A stretch of 63,421 bases of DNA, counting the filler, from Stramenopiles sp. TOSAG23-6 (lineage: Eukaryota): NCBI GenBank assembly GCA_900128565.1. It is 17 parts of 17 records of this genome, joined end to end, with 100 filler letters (N's around TTAATTAATTAA, not from the genome) between each part and the next. Parts side by side here need not be neighbours in the genome. Positions count along the whole stretch, not along the records: positions 11,261 to 14,908 come from LT637422.1; positions 15,009 to 18,655 come from LT637423.1; positions 18,756 to 22,401 come from LT637424.1; 14 more parts are not named here. One strand, written 5' to 3'. Positions 11,351-21,936 of this stretch are shown here, in pieces (the first letter of the stretch is position 1; each line of letters starts with the position of its first letter). A program made the translations under genes and the position numbers. Under the pieces are notes generated by a model that saw only the letters and a program-made list of their open reading frames with translations, had not been told where the DNA came from and did not search any database.

Positions 11351-13096
11351 ATTGAGGATTCATCCTCCTGTTGTGTAGAGACAGAAGAAGGAAGATTCAT
11401 CTCTGAATTGATCATACATTTCATACCAAATTGTGGTACTAATGATGAATTTATTTGTTTCATTTTTTCACACCAAAACGAATGAATTTTGGAAAAGTAT
11501 TTCAAAAAAAAATTTGTTAGGTAAAAAATTTCGTACGAAAAAAAATTGGAATTTGAAAAAAAATAAAACATACATACCATTCCATCGGAAGTAAATACCA
11601 TACTGTACCTACTTTCGTAAAGCTTGATTTATTCATTATACTTTGGATGGGTTTAAAATATTGTAAGCGACATATATTGTGAAAAAATATTTCAAAAATT
11701 TGATTTTTTTTGTTAGGTACGAAATTTCGTACAAAAAAATAAATAAATTTGAAATTCATGATGAAAACGTACATAACGACGACAGAAAACTACTAGACCA
11801 ATCATTCATAACTCTACGAATATCATTAATACCTGGCCACTGCTCTAGTGTCAATACTAAATGCATGATCCCTTGATTTACTACATCAGTTCCATGAATC
11901 ATATGCAATTTCTTGATTAATTTTTGATAATTATTTGTATTTTGATTTTCTTTATTATGTATTCCCTTCAAAACATTAGCAATAGGAATCATAAGTCGAC
12001 CTCTTTCCCTAGCTACAGTTGCACAGAATTTCCTTGCATTGTCTTTGCTATGCAAGAAATCAAAAATTATTACCTCAAAAAGATGTTCGAATATAGACCA
12101 ATATTCTTTGTTTGGATCTATTGTGACACATTTTCGAAGCATACTCGCAAACGTAAGAGCTCCTGAAGTTGCAGACGCTGATGCTGATCCAATTTGTTTT
12201 GGGTTAGGGTTTTGCTCTTTTTTAGAGACATTTTCATCTAACAATACAAAAGAATCCTCTGCTATCACTGGAGAGATCAAACGTCCAGCCCAACACCAAG
12301 CCCAGTCTATTGCAATATAAGAAAGTTGTACACTACACTCATAGTTCACTGTATCAGAGGGTTCTAGTTTTAGACAGAGAGGGAACTCTGAGGTTATTTT
12401 TGCAATTACTTCTTTTGATTTCCATTTATGGTAAGGAAATTTCGGAGATTTTCGACACAAAGAGAAACCTGTGGATATATCATCTATTAAACGATGTCGC
12501 ACAAATGACCAGAGTATGGGTGCAACAGAAAGACATTCCATGTTGAAATTATTAATAGTTGGTGCAGGCTTTGTGCCTATACCAATCTTCTCAGTTTGAT
12601 TCTCTGAGGTGTTTGATAGTTTATTCACTATCGAAGATTTTAGACGAAGGATTAGTAACAAGCATTCCAAACGAAGAGGAACATCCTCTTCTATTGTACG
12701 ACTACCCCGACATATGGATTTAGGCACCAGAGTACGCAACTGATCAGTTCCGAAATGTATGAAGAACTCAGTAGGGGAAATTGTTGCAGATTTCTGGAGC
12801 ACTCGCTTACCGAGCATATGTGCATATGGTCGAACACCCTGATTACCATCAGCATTACGAGTAGGTGATGGCCTTTTACCCGAGGTTACATTGCTGGTAT
12901 CACTATCATCAGCAGCGTCATCATATTCACAACTACTCTTACTTTCATTTTCAGTACACCAAGCAACTGCCGAACTAAGGAGCACCGGTTCAATTAGTTG
13001 TGACGACGTGCAACGACTCAGAAAAAGGTCAACAAGATGTTCTACAACATTCGGCTCATGCGAAGAGCGCAACAATCCTTCAAAAATTTTGTCCAT
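11351..13096 (-). CDS. Protein with DUSP-like motif, 3' partial (exons 13096-11773, 11671-11574, 11481-11351)
   Basis: Spliced GTVWYLLPMEWY|SFWCEK resembles DUSP (WYLV..W...W); exons in frame. Confidence 0.5.
11482..11573 (-). other. Family intron GT...AT (92 nt)
   Basis: GTAT|GTATGT...CCAAAATTCAT|TCG; in frame. Confidence 0.8.
11672..11772 (-). other. Family intron GT...AT (101 nt)
   Basis: TTAT|GTACGT...CACAATATAT|GT; direct repeat TATGT; in frame. Confidence 0.8.
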
Positions 13097-13426
13097 TATA
13101 AGAGCAATTCAATTGTTTTTTTTCTGTACTTTCCAAACCATTTTTTTTTCAAGACCGGACTAGTTAGTGTATATGTATGACACAAGTAACAACAAAGAAA
13201 CTTCCTCGGCGATAACTGACACAAAATAATGACATCCCAGAATCACAAGAACAAACACGAAATCTAAAAAACAAAATTGAAACAAAATTTTTGAGAAACG
13301 AATTTGCTCTCTTCCTCCTGTCTCTCGCTCTCTTTGTCCTCTCTTTGCCTTGCTCAAAAGAGCTCCTCTTTGAGAATAGAATAGCAAAAATAGGAGTGGC
13401 ACATTAGCTTTAGGTACTATACTACA

Positions 13427-13577
13427 GTATGTGGGCGATAAAGGTATTGAGCAATTTTTTGCATGTGCCACTTTTGAGCTTTCATTTCATTTGTCAGTGT
13501 TTTTGTAGTTTTATGTTCTTAATTTCGTTTTTTTGTAAGTTTTTAACAAACGCTAAAAAATTCTTGTTTTTCGGCAG
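13427..13577 (+). other. Candidate canonical GT-AG intron (probably 5' UTR)
   Basis: GTATGT donor, pyrimidine tract and CAG end; lacks the family core. Confidence 0.45.
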
Positions 13578-13614
13578 GGTTAAAAACCAGAGCCAAAAAC
13601 ATGAAGCCCAGAAA

Positions 13615-14698
13615 ATGAAAACACGTATAAATCAGTTGATCCTCGAAAATGAAGTGAAAAGTAAAAAGATTAAACAACTGTTAACCATTGAGTCCAGCTT
13701 CAAAACAGCAAAGGTGACGAATACCACCAAAATAGAAATACTTCGTGGAAAAATGCGAAGACTTCTTCGTGAACAAGAAGCAAAGAATTCTCTTCTAAAG
13801 GTATTAATCGCTCGATATGGAAAAAAACTAAAGCGATGTCGGACGTCACTGAAAAAAAAATCAGAAGGGAAAAAAAGGAAGTCTAGTTGCAAAAAAAACC
13901 CATCTAAAGATAAAAGTAAATGCAATATTGTCGTAGTCGGTGAAGTTGAAATAAATTTGCGCGATAAAATAAAAGAGCTTTTGAATGAGAAATCTAAAAG
14001 ACTCGAGCGTCTCAATGAGTTAGAGAAGAAATTACTCGTAGCAAAAAAAACTGACGCATCAACCATCTCTACGACTCACTCTCCACAGCGTGAAACAAAT
14101 TCAAAAAAAGAGCAATGGAAAAAATTACAAAAACATCCAATATTTGGTCGGTATTTTAGAATGCTTAAAATGGGAATTCCTTTGAATTCGGTAAAACAAA
14201 AAATGATTCTTGACGGATTGAATAAAGAAATGATTCCCATGTTGGATGATCCTGAGTCATGTACGTTTTATTTTTTTTTCAAATTCGAAGTTTTTTTTTC
14301 GTACGAAATTTTGTACCTAACGATTTTTTTAATTAAAAAAAAAAATATTTTTCCAAAATACATGGTTTGGGCCTTCTGGAACGATCTCACCTCTTCATTA
14401 TGATCCATATCATAATCTATTATGCCAAGTTGTTGGTTACAAATATATTCGTTTAATTGATAGTCGATACACACACAAATTATATAGAAGAGATCCCCCA
14501 CGGCATAATAATTCTAAAATTGATCTTGATAAATATGAAATTTCAAATTTTCCAGATTTTGAAAATACACCAATGACACATTGCCTTCTTGGACCTGGTG
14601 AAATGCTATATATACCACGTCACTGTTGGCATTATGTGAGATCTGTCACTGGTTCATTTAGTGTCAGTTATTGGTGGGGAGGAGAAAAGGATTTATAA
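13615..14698 (+). CDS. Coiled-coil plus CCDC53/formin-type motif joined to the C-terminal part of a JMJD5/KDM8-like JmjC domain (exons 13615-14260, 14364-14698; possibly chimeric)
   Basis: RYFRMLKMGIP..VKQKM..DGL motif; second exon WFGPSGTISPLHYDPYHNLLCQVVGYKYIRL..LGPGEMLYIP..WHYVRS. Confidence 0.6.
14261..14363 (+). other. Family intron GT...AT (103 nt)
   Basis: TCAT|GTACGT...AAAATACAT|GG; T+GG rebuilds the conserved Trp of WFGP. Confidence 0.8.
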
Positions 14699-15008
14699 AG
14701 AAAATAACATTGAGTATCTTAATTATTTTTTTTAATATTTTGGATAATTACTACGAAAATAATTATAATTTCTATAAAGAGTGTAATAAAATATAAATAT
14801 TTTATTTTTTGTAAGGTATTTTTTTATATTCAGAAATTAAAAATATGAGACAAATATTTCAATTTGTTGTCTTCTTCAAACACTCTTTTTTATGTGAACT
14901 CTTCCAATNNNNNNNNNNNNNNNNNNNNNNNNNNNNNNNNNNNNNNNNNNNNTTAATTAATTAANNNNNNNNNNNNNNNNNNNNNNNNNNNNNNNNNNNN
15001 NNNNNNNN

Positions 15009-15055
<47 letters not shown>

Positions 15056-15080
15056 ACTGGTTCGATCCCGGTTCGCGGCG
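15009..15080 (+). tRNA. tRNA-Phe(GAA), first base lost in the gap
   Basis: TAGCTCAGTTGGGAGAGC D arm, TCAGA-CTGAAGA-TCTGA anticodon arm, GGTTCGATCC T loop. Confidence 0.95.
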
Positions 15081-15485
15081 TTTCGACGAAATTTTTTTTT
15101 GAAAGTTTTTTTTGTTCATATATAATTAAGAGTTTTTGTGAAGAGTTTTTTTTTAAATGACTTTTTTTTTTAAATTAATTTTTAAAGATGCTCTAAAACT
15201 CAATTTGCGTTTGATAATAATAAAACAAGTTTGATAATAATAAAATAAGTTTGATAATTTGATAATAATGATAATAATGATAATAAGTTGGAAGAGTTTT
15301 CGTGACATTGTGTTTGTGTTAAATATATATTTTAAATATATATATATACAATAGCTAATGATAGTACAATGTTATATTTTATTCAAATCACACATTTGTG
15401 TTTCATTGCATTGTTTAACTTTAACTTAGAAAAAAAAAGTCATCAATTTCTATTTTGTTCTGCTTTAACCCAATTGTAAAAGTCA

Positions 15486-16199
15486 TCAATTTCTATTTTG
15501 TTCTGCTCTAACCCAATTGTAAAATTCTGGGTCTTCTTCATGACTAGTCTTTATATCTATCAAATTCTGAATATTGTCTTTACCATTTTGTTGTTGATTT
15601 GAATATTCATTTAACAGTTTGGAAAATTTATCTGATTTAATAACACACATTTTATCTGATTGGGGTTTTATACGGCCAAGGAAACATGTATTTTGGAAAA
15701 ATATTTGAAAAAAATCTTTAAGTACAAAATTTCGTACGAAAAAAAAATCGAATTTGAAAAAAAAATAAAACATACAGCATTTAGCAAAAGACGTTGCAAA
15801 AGTTTTTGACTCACGCAAAAATTCATGTTTCATGTAGAAATATTTCGAGCAATATGCTTTGATTGAAGTTTTAATTTCATATTCTTGTCCATATTTTAGT
15901 TCTCTGATATATCTACTTTGTATACTAGCTACTACAGCTGAACTAGGTCCAATAGATGTCGTGTCTCTTCGATTCTTTAGAATTAGTTCAAAGGCAGAGA
16001 TTTTTACAAGGTAGTCCCAACGTGCTTGTTCAGCTGCTTCTAAATATCGTGCATTATTCATGTGACCAAACATGTCTATATCAAAAAAACGCACTTTGAA
16101 TAAACGTGTAGTGCTCTCAAGTGGTGATATTTTTCGCTGCCAAAGGGCACGCAGTGTAGTCATAACAGTGCGACCATAATATGAGAAAATATATCCCAT
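15486..16199 (-). CDS. Hot-dog fold thioesterase, THEM6/4HBT-like (exons 16199-15776, 15685-15486)
   Basis: DIDMFGHMNNARYL motif; RYIRELKYGQ. Confidence 0.85.
   Translation of the reverse strand: MGYIFSYYGRTVMTTLRALWQRKISPLESTTRLFKVRFFDIDMFGHMNNARYLEAAEQARWDYLVKISAFELILKNRRDTTSIGPSSAVVASIQSRYIRELKYGQEYEIKTSIKAYCSKYFYMKHEFLRESKTFATSFAKCCMFYFFFKFDFFFVRNFVLKDFFQIFFQNTCFLGRIKPQSDKMCVIKSDKFSKLLNEYSNQQQNGKDNIQNLIDIKTSHEEDPEFYNWVRAEQNRN
15686..15775 (-). other. Family intron GT...AT (90 nt, in frame and stop-free)
   Basis: TGCT|GTATGT...AAAATACAT|GT; moving both boundaries 2 nt upstream creates TGA, so this copy fixes the register. Confidence 0.8.
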
Positions 16200-16575
16200 T
16201 TGAAACAAAAATACAATATATTTTACCAGCAAATTATGCAATTATCTCGTGTTGAAAGTCATGGATTGAAAAAGAAATGGTGATTCTATTCGAGGTGGCG
16301 TGGACAAGTGAGTAAAGCTACTACGGTACTCGTGACTAGTGAGTACCAGTATAGGACCTACTAGGTAGCAAAAGAATCGCAAAAATCACAAAAACCCTAA
16401 CCCTAATTAATTAGTAGAGATCGCGCATGCAATGACATTGTCAAGTCAAGTCAAGTGAAGTCAAGTCATCTGATCTGCATCGCATGACCCCGGCCACATT
16501 GTCCACTCCACACACCACGTTCTCTTCTCTTATCATTGCGTCTAGAACAATTTCAATTTCTGGTAGGTCTTTACA

Positions 16576-17223
16576 ATGTCAGAGTCTAAAACTGCATCCC
16601 CCATGGCAAAACTTTTGTTAATGAAGCAATTAAAAGAGTTGAGTTCAGATCCTCCTGAGGGTGTTGAAGTTTGGTTAGAGGATGATGCTGACTTGTTCAA
16701 GTGGAGTTGCAGGTATGTTACAATGTTTAAGTTCACCGTGTCTCCCGTTTTTTCGTCAACATATTTTTCATACTCTAAAACATTATATATATATATATAT
16801 TCTTACTTGTATACAATATTAACATGTATATTAAACACGTACAGTATTATTGGTCCACCTGGTACACCTTATGAGGGTGGAATATTTACTTGTTTGCTTG
16901 AATTCCCGCCAGATTTCCCAAATATGCCTCCAAAAATGATTTTTCAGACCAACATTTGGCACCCAAATATCTACAGTGACGGAAGAGTATGTATTAGCAT
17001 ATTACACCCACCAGGAACAGACTCGCATAATCCTGAGGAGCTTGCAGAAGAACGCTGGCGTCCAATTCTTGGTGTAGAAGCTATCCTAGTATCTGTAATA
17101 TCTATGCTTGCTGACCCAAATGATAATTCGCCAGCCAACATAGATGCAGCTGTTCAGTGGAGAAAGGATCGTGCTGGATATAATAAAGAAGTCAAAAAGT
17201 GCGTTGAAAAATCATTATGTTGA
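16576..17223 (+). CDS. Ubiquitin-conjugating enzyme E2, Ubc7/UBE2G/Cdc34-like (exons 16576-16712, 16845-17223)
   Basis: GPPGTPYEGG, HPNIYSDGRVCISILH, acidic loop insertion, SPANIDAA. Confidence 0.95.
   Translation: MSESKTASPMAKLLLMKQLKELSSDPPEGVEVWLEDDADLFKWSCRYVTMFKFTVSPVFSSTYFSYSKTLYIYIYSYLYTILTCILNTYSIIGPPGTPYEGGIFTCLLEFPPDFPNMPPKMIFQTNIWHPNIYSDGRVCISILHPPGTDSHNPEELAEERWRPILGVEAILVSVISMLADPNDNSPANIDAAVQWRKDRAGYNKEVKKCVEKSLC
16713..16844 (+). other. Canonical GT-AG intron (132 nt), not of the family
   Basis: AG|GTATGT...TACAG|T; removal gives WSCSIIGPP as expected for an E2. Confidence 0.9.
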
Positions 17224-17285
17224 ATATATTTGTTTAAAAAGATAAAATAATGATAATAATACTAATACTAATAATATTTGACAAA

Positions 17286-17510
17286 TAGCAAAAGACGTTG
17301 CAAGAGTTTTTGAATCACGCAAGAAATTAACAATATGCTTTAATTGAAGTTTTCATTTAGATTGAAGTTTTAATTTCATAGTCTTGTCTATACTTTAGTT
17401 CTCTGATATAATAATTATAAATAATATGTCTCACTCTCCGATAGAAAATCACTCAAAATCTATAGTAGTATTATGAGAAAATATATACAGTTTGATTATC
17501 AAAACAATAC
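17286..17510 (-). pseudogene. Degenerate duplicate of the thioesterase gene
   Basis: TAGCAAAAGACGTTGCAA, ATTGAAGTTTTAATTTCATA, TTAGTTCTCTGATAT and ATGAGAAAATATAT blocks are collinear with 15782-16195, with deletions. Confidence 0.7.
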
Positions 17511-17533
17511 AGTAATTTTATAGGTAAATATAA

Positions 17534-18652
17534 TCAGCGTTTAACAAGTCGACCATACTTTTCTTTCCCCTTTTTACCTCGGCGTTGTATTCTTACTTCA
17601 TCAGGTGCTACTTCTTCTTCTTCGCTATCAGAGTACTTCACAGCAATGTCTCCATCATCACAAATCTCAATAACAGTTGCACGTATTGTGAAAAAATATT
17701 TCAAAAAAAAATCGTTAGGTACGAAATTCCGTATGAAAAAATTAAGTTAGAAATTCATATAAAACATACATGCACGCATCTCTGCTTCTTGTCTTTTGTG
17801 ATGAGAGTTTCTCATATTTTTTAAACTAACTTTCATTAAAGTCTGGTGCACAGCAGTTCTATTTGCTTCATTTTCTCTCACATTTGCCAATTTTAATTCC
17901 ATATTTTTCTCCTCCAACTTAATCATATAGCATTCCCACTTATTCCACACACGCCATTTCTCTGTACGAATCCTTCTACTTACATAAAAAAACATAACCA
18001 AAAGAGCCCCTCGTAATTCTAATTGGGATAGTGTCAGACCCATAGCCTCTGCTAACTTTGTAGCTTTTTGTAGCTGTTGTTGGTGTTTCTCCTTCATTGT
18101 ACCCACTCTAAGTTGAAAAAGACTCTCTTGCTCTGCTAAAATTCGAGATGTGTTTTCCTTATATTTTTGTTCTTGGAATTCCAACTGTTTTAAATATTCT
18201 TTTTTATTGTTCATAAAACCACGTGCATTCTTCTCTTTTTGAAGCTGAAAACGTTCTTTCCATATTGCAGATTTCATTGTGTCATATTTACCGAGAATAT
18301 TTTCAGATTGAAAGTCACTAACGACACTATTATGAGGATTATGAGGTAACGCAGTAGGATTTTGTTGAGATGCAGTATGATTTTGTTGAGATGCAGTATG
18401 AATTTGATGAGATGCAGTGTGTTTTTGTTGAGATGCAGTGTGCTTTTGATAAGATGCAGTGTGCATTTGATGTAATTTCATGTGCCTTTTTTGATGAAAG
18501 GGAATGGGTTTGGGTTTTAATGACTTGCCTTCTCCTTCCGAATCTTTCTCTCTCCTCCAACCACGTGCACCATAATCTTTCCAATGCGACGTGTGTGAAG
18601 GTATAGGTTCCGGTGGAGGTGAAGGTATTGGCGATGTTGATGCTGGTGACAT
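17534..18652 (-). CDS. Coiled-coil hypothetical protein with 21-nt repeats (exons 18652-17774, 17680-17534)
   Basis: Long ORF with HTASQQK repeats; last exon ATVIEICDDGDIAVKYSD is Tudor-like. Confidence 0.5.
17681..17773 (-). other. Family intron GC...GT (93 nt)
   Basis: CGT|GCATGTATGT...CACAATACGT|GCA; 6-nt direct repeat CGTGCA; the GC donor, not the GT 4 nt downstream, keeps the frame. Confidence 0.6.
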
Positions 18653-18945
18653 CGGNNNNNNNNNNNNNNNNNNNNNNNNNNNNNNNNNNNNNNNNNNNNT
18701 TAATTAATTAANNNNNNNNNNNNNNNNNNNNNNNNNNNNNNNNNNNNNNNNNNNNAAAATTTCATTGAAAAAAAAAAAAAAAAAAATTCGAAAAAAAAAA
18801 AGTTCGAAAAAAAAATTAAAAAAAAAAATTAAAAAAAAAAAAAATGTTCGAAAAAAAACTCTTGGAAGAAATGCTCCGGGCGGGCTCGGAATGCTCGGGC
18901 TCGTGCTCGCGTTGATTACAAAATATTTTTGTCTCACTGAACACT

Positions 18946-19017
18946 TTCTTGTTAGTTTAATGGATAGAATTAGCGACTCCGGATCGCTGGATCCGGGTTC
19001 GACTCCCGGGCAGGACT
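18946..19017 (+). tRNA. tRNA-Arg(CCG)
   Basis: AGCGA-CTCCGGA-TCGCT anticodon arm; CCGGG-TTCGACT-CCCGG T arm; T:C mismatch at the first acceptor pair. Confidence 0.85.
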
Positions 19018-19436
19018 TTTTCTATTTTTTTGGAATTTTGGTACGAGATTTCGTAGTTAATTTTTTTTCATTATAAGAAAAGTGCTCCTTCCTCAGAAAA
19101 TGACAATGTGTAATTAAACAATGTTAGGCGTCGTTAGGCGTGGACTTGCTTTGTAAAACATTGTAAATGACCTAGGGTTAGCTATTGTAGTTCACCATTT
19201 CAATCTGTACAAAAAAATCTACTTTGGAAATTAGAGGAAAATTAGAGCATTTTTACGATTTTTCACTTTTGGCATAAAAAACACCACGAAATCTGGGCTC
19301 GAAGAGAGCGCAGAATAATAGTAATATATCAGTAGTGACTGACTATGTATACTCTACTACACTACCGTTCAAGTTCAACTTCAACAACAGTTGTTTCTCT
19401 CAAAGCACGACTGGTCATTTTCTTGTTTTTGATTGT

Positions 19437-19838
19437 ATGCAGGTATTATCATTAGTATCATCAAGAATGCGGTCTTCATTTTCTACAAATGCTAGTATAG
19501 TTTCAGGTCCCATTGAGCGTCTCATAGTTTCAAAATTGAGTGCTGCCTTATCTCCAAAACATTTGTCAGTCATAAATGAAAGTCACATGCACAACGTACC
19601 AAAAGACTCAGAGACACACTTTAAAGTTATCGTAGCATCAACTGAATTTGAGAGGAAAGGTTTACTTGCCCGTCATAGAATTGTGAATAACTTATTATCA
19701 GAGGAATTGAAAACAAATGTTCACGCTTTATCCATTGTAGCAAAAACACCAAAAGAATGGGACAAGAAAAAACAATCTCATGACCCATCTCCGAATTGCC
19801 TTGGAGGATCAAAACATGGTTATGGATTTGAATCGTGA
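19437..19838 (+). CDS. BolA-like protein (BOLA1 type, probable mitochondrial presequence)
   Basis: INESHMH..SETHFKV..S..F..RHRIVN..L..E..VHALSI.AKTP..PNCLGG. Confidence 0.95.
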   Translation: MQVLSLVSSRMRSSFSTNASIVSGPIERLIVSKLSAALSPKHLSVINESHMHNVPKDSETHFKVIVASTEFERKGLLARHRIVNNLLSEELKTNVHALSIVAKTPKEWDKKKQSHDPSPNCLGGSKHGYGFES

Positions 19839-20035
19839 TTCTTTGTTACATATTCTATACAAATATATAGATAAATACATGTGTGTAATTTACAAAAAAT
19901 ATTAAAAATTGAAATTTAATTTAAATAAGTTTACAACTAGGCTTTTTTTTCAATTTCGAATTTATTTTCGTACGGAATTTTGTACCTAACAAATTTAAGT
20001 TTTTTTTTTTTTTAGGACTCTGAGATTTGTAAAAG

Positions 20036-20890
20036 TTACACGGCTAACCCTAATGAATGAAGCCTTGCCTGTTGTGCCTGTCCCATAACCATTAAACTAT
20101 GCATAAACTCTTCATCACTTTGACGGTTTTTCATAAATTGGTGTAAAACTCTTTCATCGGTTATCCCAAACTCCTCATGAATTTTTTTTCTGATCTTGCT
20201 CCCTTCATTTTGAAATTTCTGAAATTTTTGAGCCACGAGAGGGTTAGTTTGAATAGCAACACCGATATCAGAATCTTTTTCAATACCACATTCACTTTTA
20301 ATTTCTGATACAATTGTCTCGAGTAATGCAGTCGTTTCAGATGATATTTTTTCCATCATTTCAGTTACTTTTTGTGCAGTGACATGAGAGGGAACTTCAA
20401 CAGGTTCGTCGTCCTCTCCAGTCAAAACTTTCCCAATATTTCGAATTTTATCTAAGTGTTGTTGTACAGCTGGATCTGACGAATATTTAGCTGTTATTTT
20501 CTTAACTGTTGCTTCGGTTGTGTTGTGTTTTTTGTATATTTCTGCTTCTGCTTGCTGAAGCATTTGACAAAATTGTTGTAAAAGCGCCTGTCGAACCTCC
20601 ATTTCGTTTAGTGCTTGACCAGCTTGTTGACTTTGCATGCGGACTCTCTGTTCGAGTTGAACAAGCTTCGCCATAATACTGTTTACAGCAGCACTTATAT
20701 CTGATAGAACAAGTAATACATTATCTTTTTCGAAGCTTCCATCTTTGCGAGAGCGACGTCGTTTCAACCTCCGTTCTCTTGTTACTTCTGGATCTTCCGC
20801 AAAACTTTCATACAATATAATACAGGCTCCCACAGTAGCAGCACCTACTGCTACATAAGAAGCAATTTTTTTCAATGACGTATATGACAT
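20036..20890 (-). CDS. Hypothetical protein with N-terminal membrane anchor
   Basis: Intronless ORF; YVAVGAATVGACIILY followed by a helical region. Confidence 0.6.
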   Translation of the reverse strand: MSYTSLKKIASYVAVGAATVGACIILYESFAEDPEVTRERRLKRRRSRKDGSFEKDNVLLVLSDISAAVNSIMAKLVQLEQRVRMQSQQAGQALNEMEVRQALLQQFCQMLQQAEAEIYKKHNTTEATVKKITAKYSSDPAVQQHLDKIRNIGKVLTGEDDEPVEVPSHVTAQKVTEMMEKISSETTALLETIVSEIKSECGIEKDSDIGVAIQTNPLVAQKFQKFQNEGSKIRKKIHEEFGITDERVLHQFMKNRQSDEEFMHSLMVMGQAQQARLHSLGLAV

Positions 20891-21387
20891 AACGGTGAAA
20901 ATATATGTAAATATGCGTAACAAACAGTATGTAACACAAAAATCTATTCTACAAACAACGCCGCGAGGTAAAGTATAGGACTAGGGGCTACTAGTAGTAC
21001 TATCGCGAGTGTGTGTCTGTGTCACTGAATCGAAAATAAAACCCTAACCCTAGACGTACTAGATTCACCACAAAAAATTTTGAAGCATAGTAAACGGCCA
21101 AGCATATAATATTGTAAAAAAAAATATCGTAGATGAAACATATGTCAATTTTTTTTTTTTTTTGTTTTTCAAAACGGTTGATGAATTTTTTTTTTTTACA
21201 ATATTCTAGGATATAGAAGAGTGATGTATTCATACATATACATAATACAGTATTTATTGTACAATGTAATTTGAAGGTAAAAAAATAAATTATACTGATG
21301 AATCAATCAGAGGTATTTATGTGCAAAAAAATAAATATATAAAGGAATATTTTCAAAAAATTCATTTATTATTTAAAAAAACAATAT

Positions 21388-21936
21388 TTATGAATTCTTT
21401 CGACTCAGTAAGACACAGGCACACACACTCGCAAATAAAATTCCCACCAACAAAAATGCAAAATAATACCAGGAACTTGTATATGTTGCAATATTGCATG
21501 TTGAAGTGCAAGCTACATCATCTGCATTTGTATAATCTGCAATTTGGGTTTTGATGCACGACTTTGTGAGAGCATCGCACTGTTCACGAAAGCAAGCTGC
21601 AAAGTTGTCTGGGTAAGTACACGAGTTCTTGTTAATCTTTTCAGAAAAATTTAATTCAGAGACACAGTTTGTAGTTTTTTCCTCAAGGACTACGTCAACA
21701 CAGATAGGAGTTGATTTGTTATTAGTACTCCAATTATTCACAGAAGTCCCAGACTGTTTTTGTGCTGTTTGTGTTGGTTGTGTTGGTTGTGCTGATGGTG
21801 TTGGAGATGCGGTTGTTGGAGCTGGTGTTGGCGATGCAGTTGTTGGTGATGCAGTTGGTGATGCAGTTGGTGCTGCAGTTGGTGCTGCTGTTGGTGCTGC
21901 TGTTGGTGCTGCTGTTGGTGCTGGTGTTGTTGGACA
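21388..21936 (-). CDS. Pro/Thr-rich (APTA repeats), Cys-rich, single-TM surface protein fragment lacking a start
   Basis: The frame of ORF 21388-21741 extends upstream as CPTTPAPTAAPT..., with a TGA immediately before it. Confidence 0.5.
   Translation of the reverse strand, partial: CPTTPAPTAAPTAAPTAAPTAAPTASPTASPTTASPTPAPTTASPTPSAQPTQPTQTAQKQSGTSVNNWSTNNKSTPICVDVVLEEKTTNCVSELNFSEKINKNSCTYPDNFAACFREQCDALTKSCIKTQIADYTNADDVACTSTCNIATYTSSWYYFAFLLVGILFASVCACVLLSRKNS

Noticed and set aside
16576-17223. Alternative genetic code to explain broken ORFs
   Set aside because: Conserved genes end normally at TGA, TAA or TAG, and the breaks coincide with the intron family
18704-19076. Lys-rich and Phe-rich ORFs
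   Set aside because: Homopolymer runs at a contig edge overlapping tRNA-Arg; no coding signal
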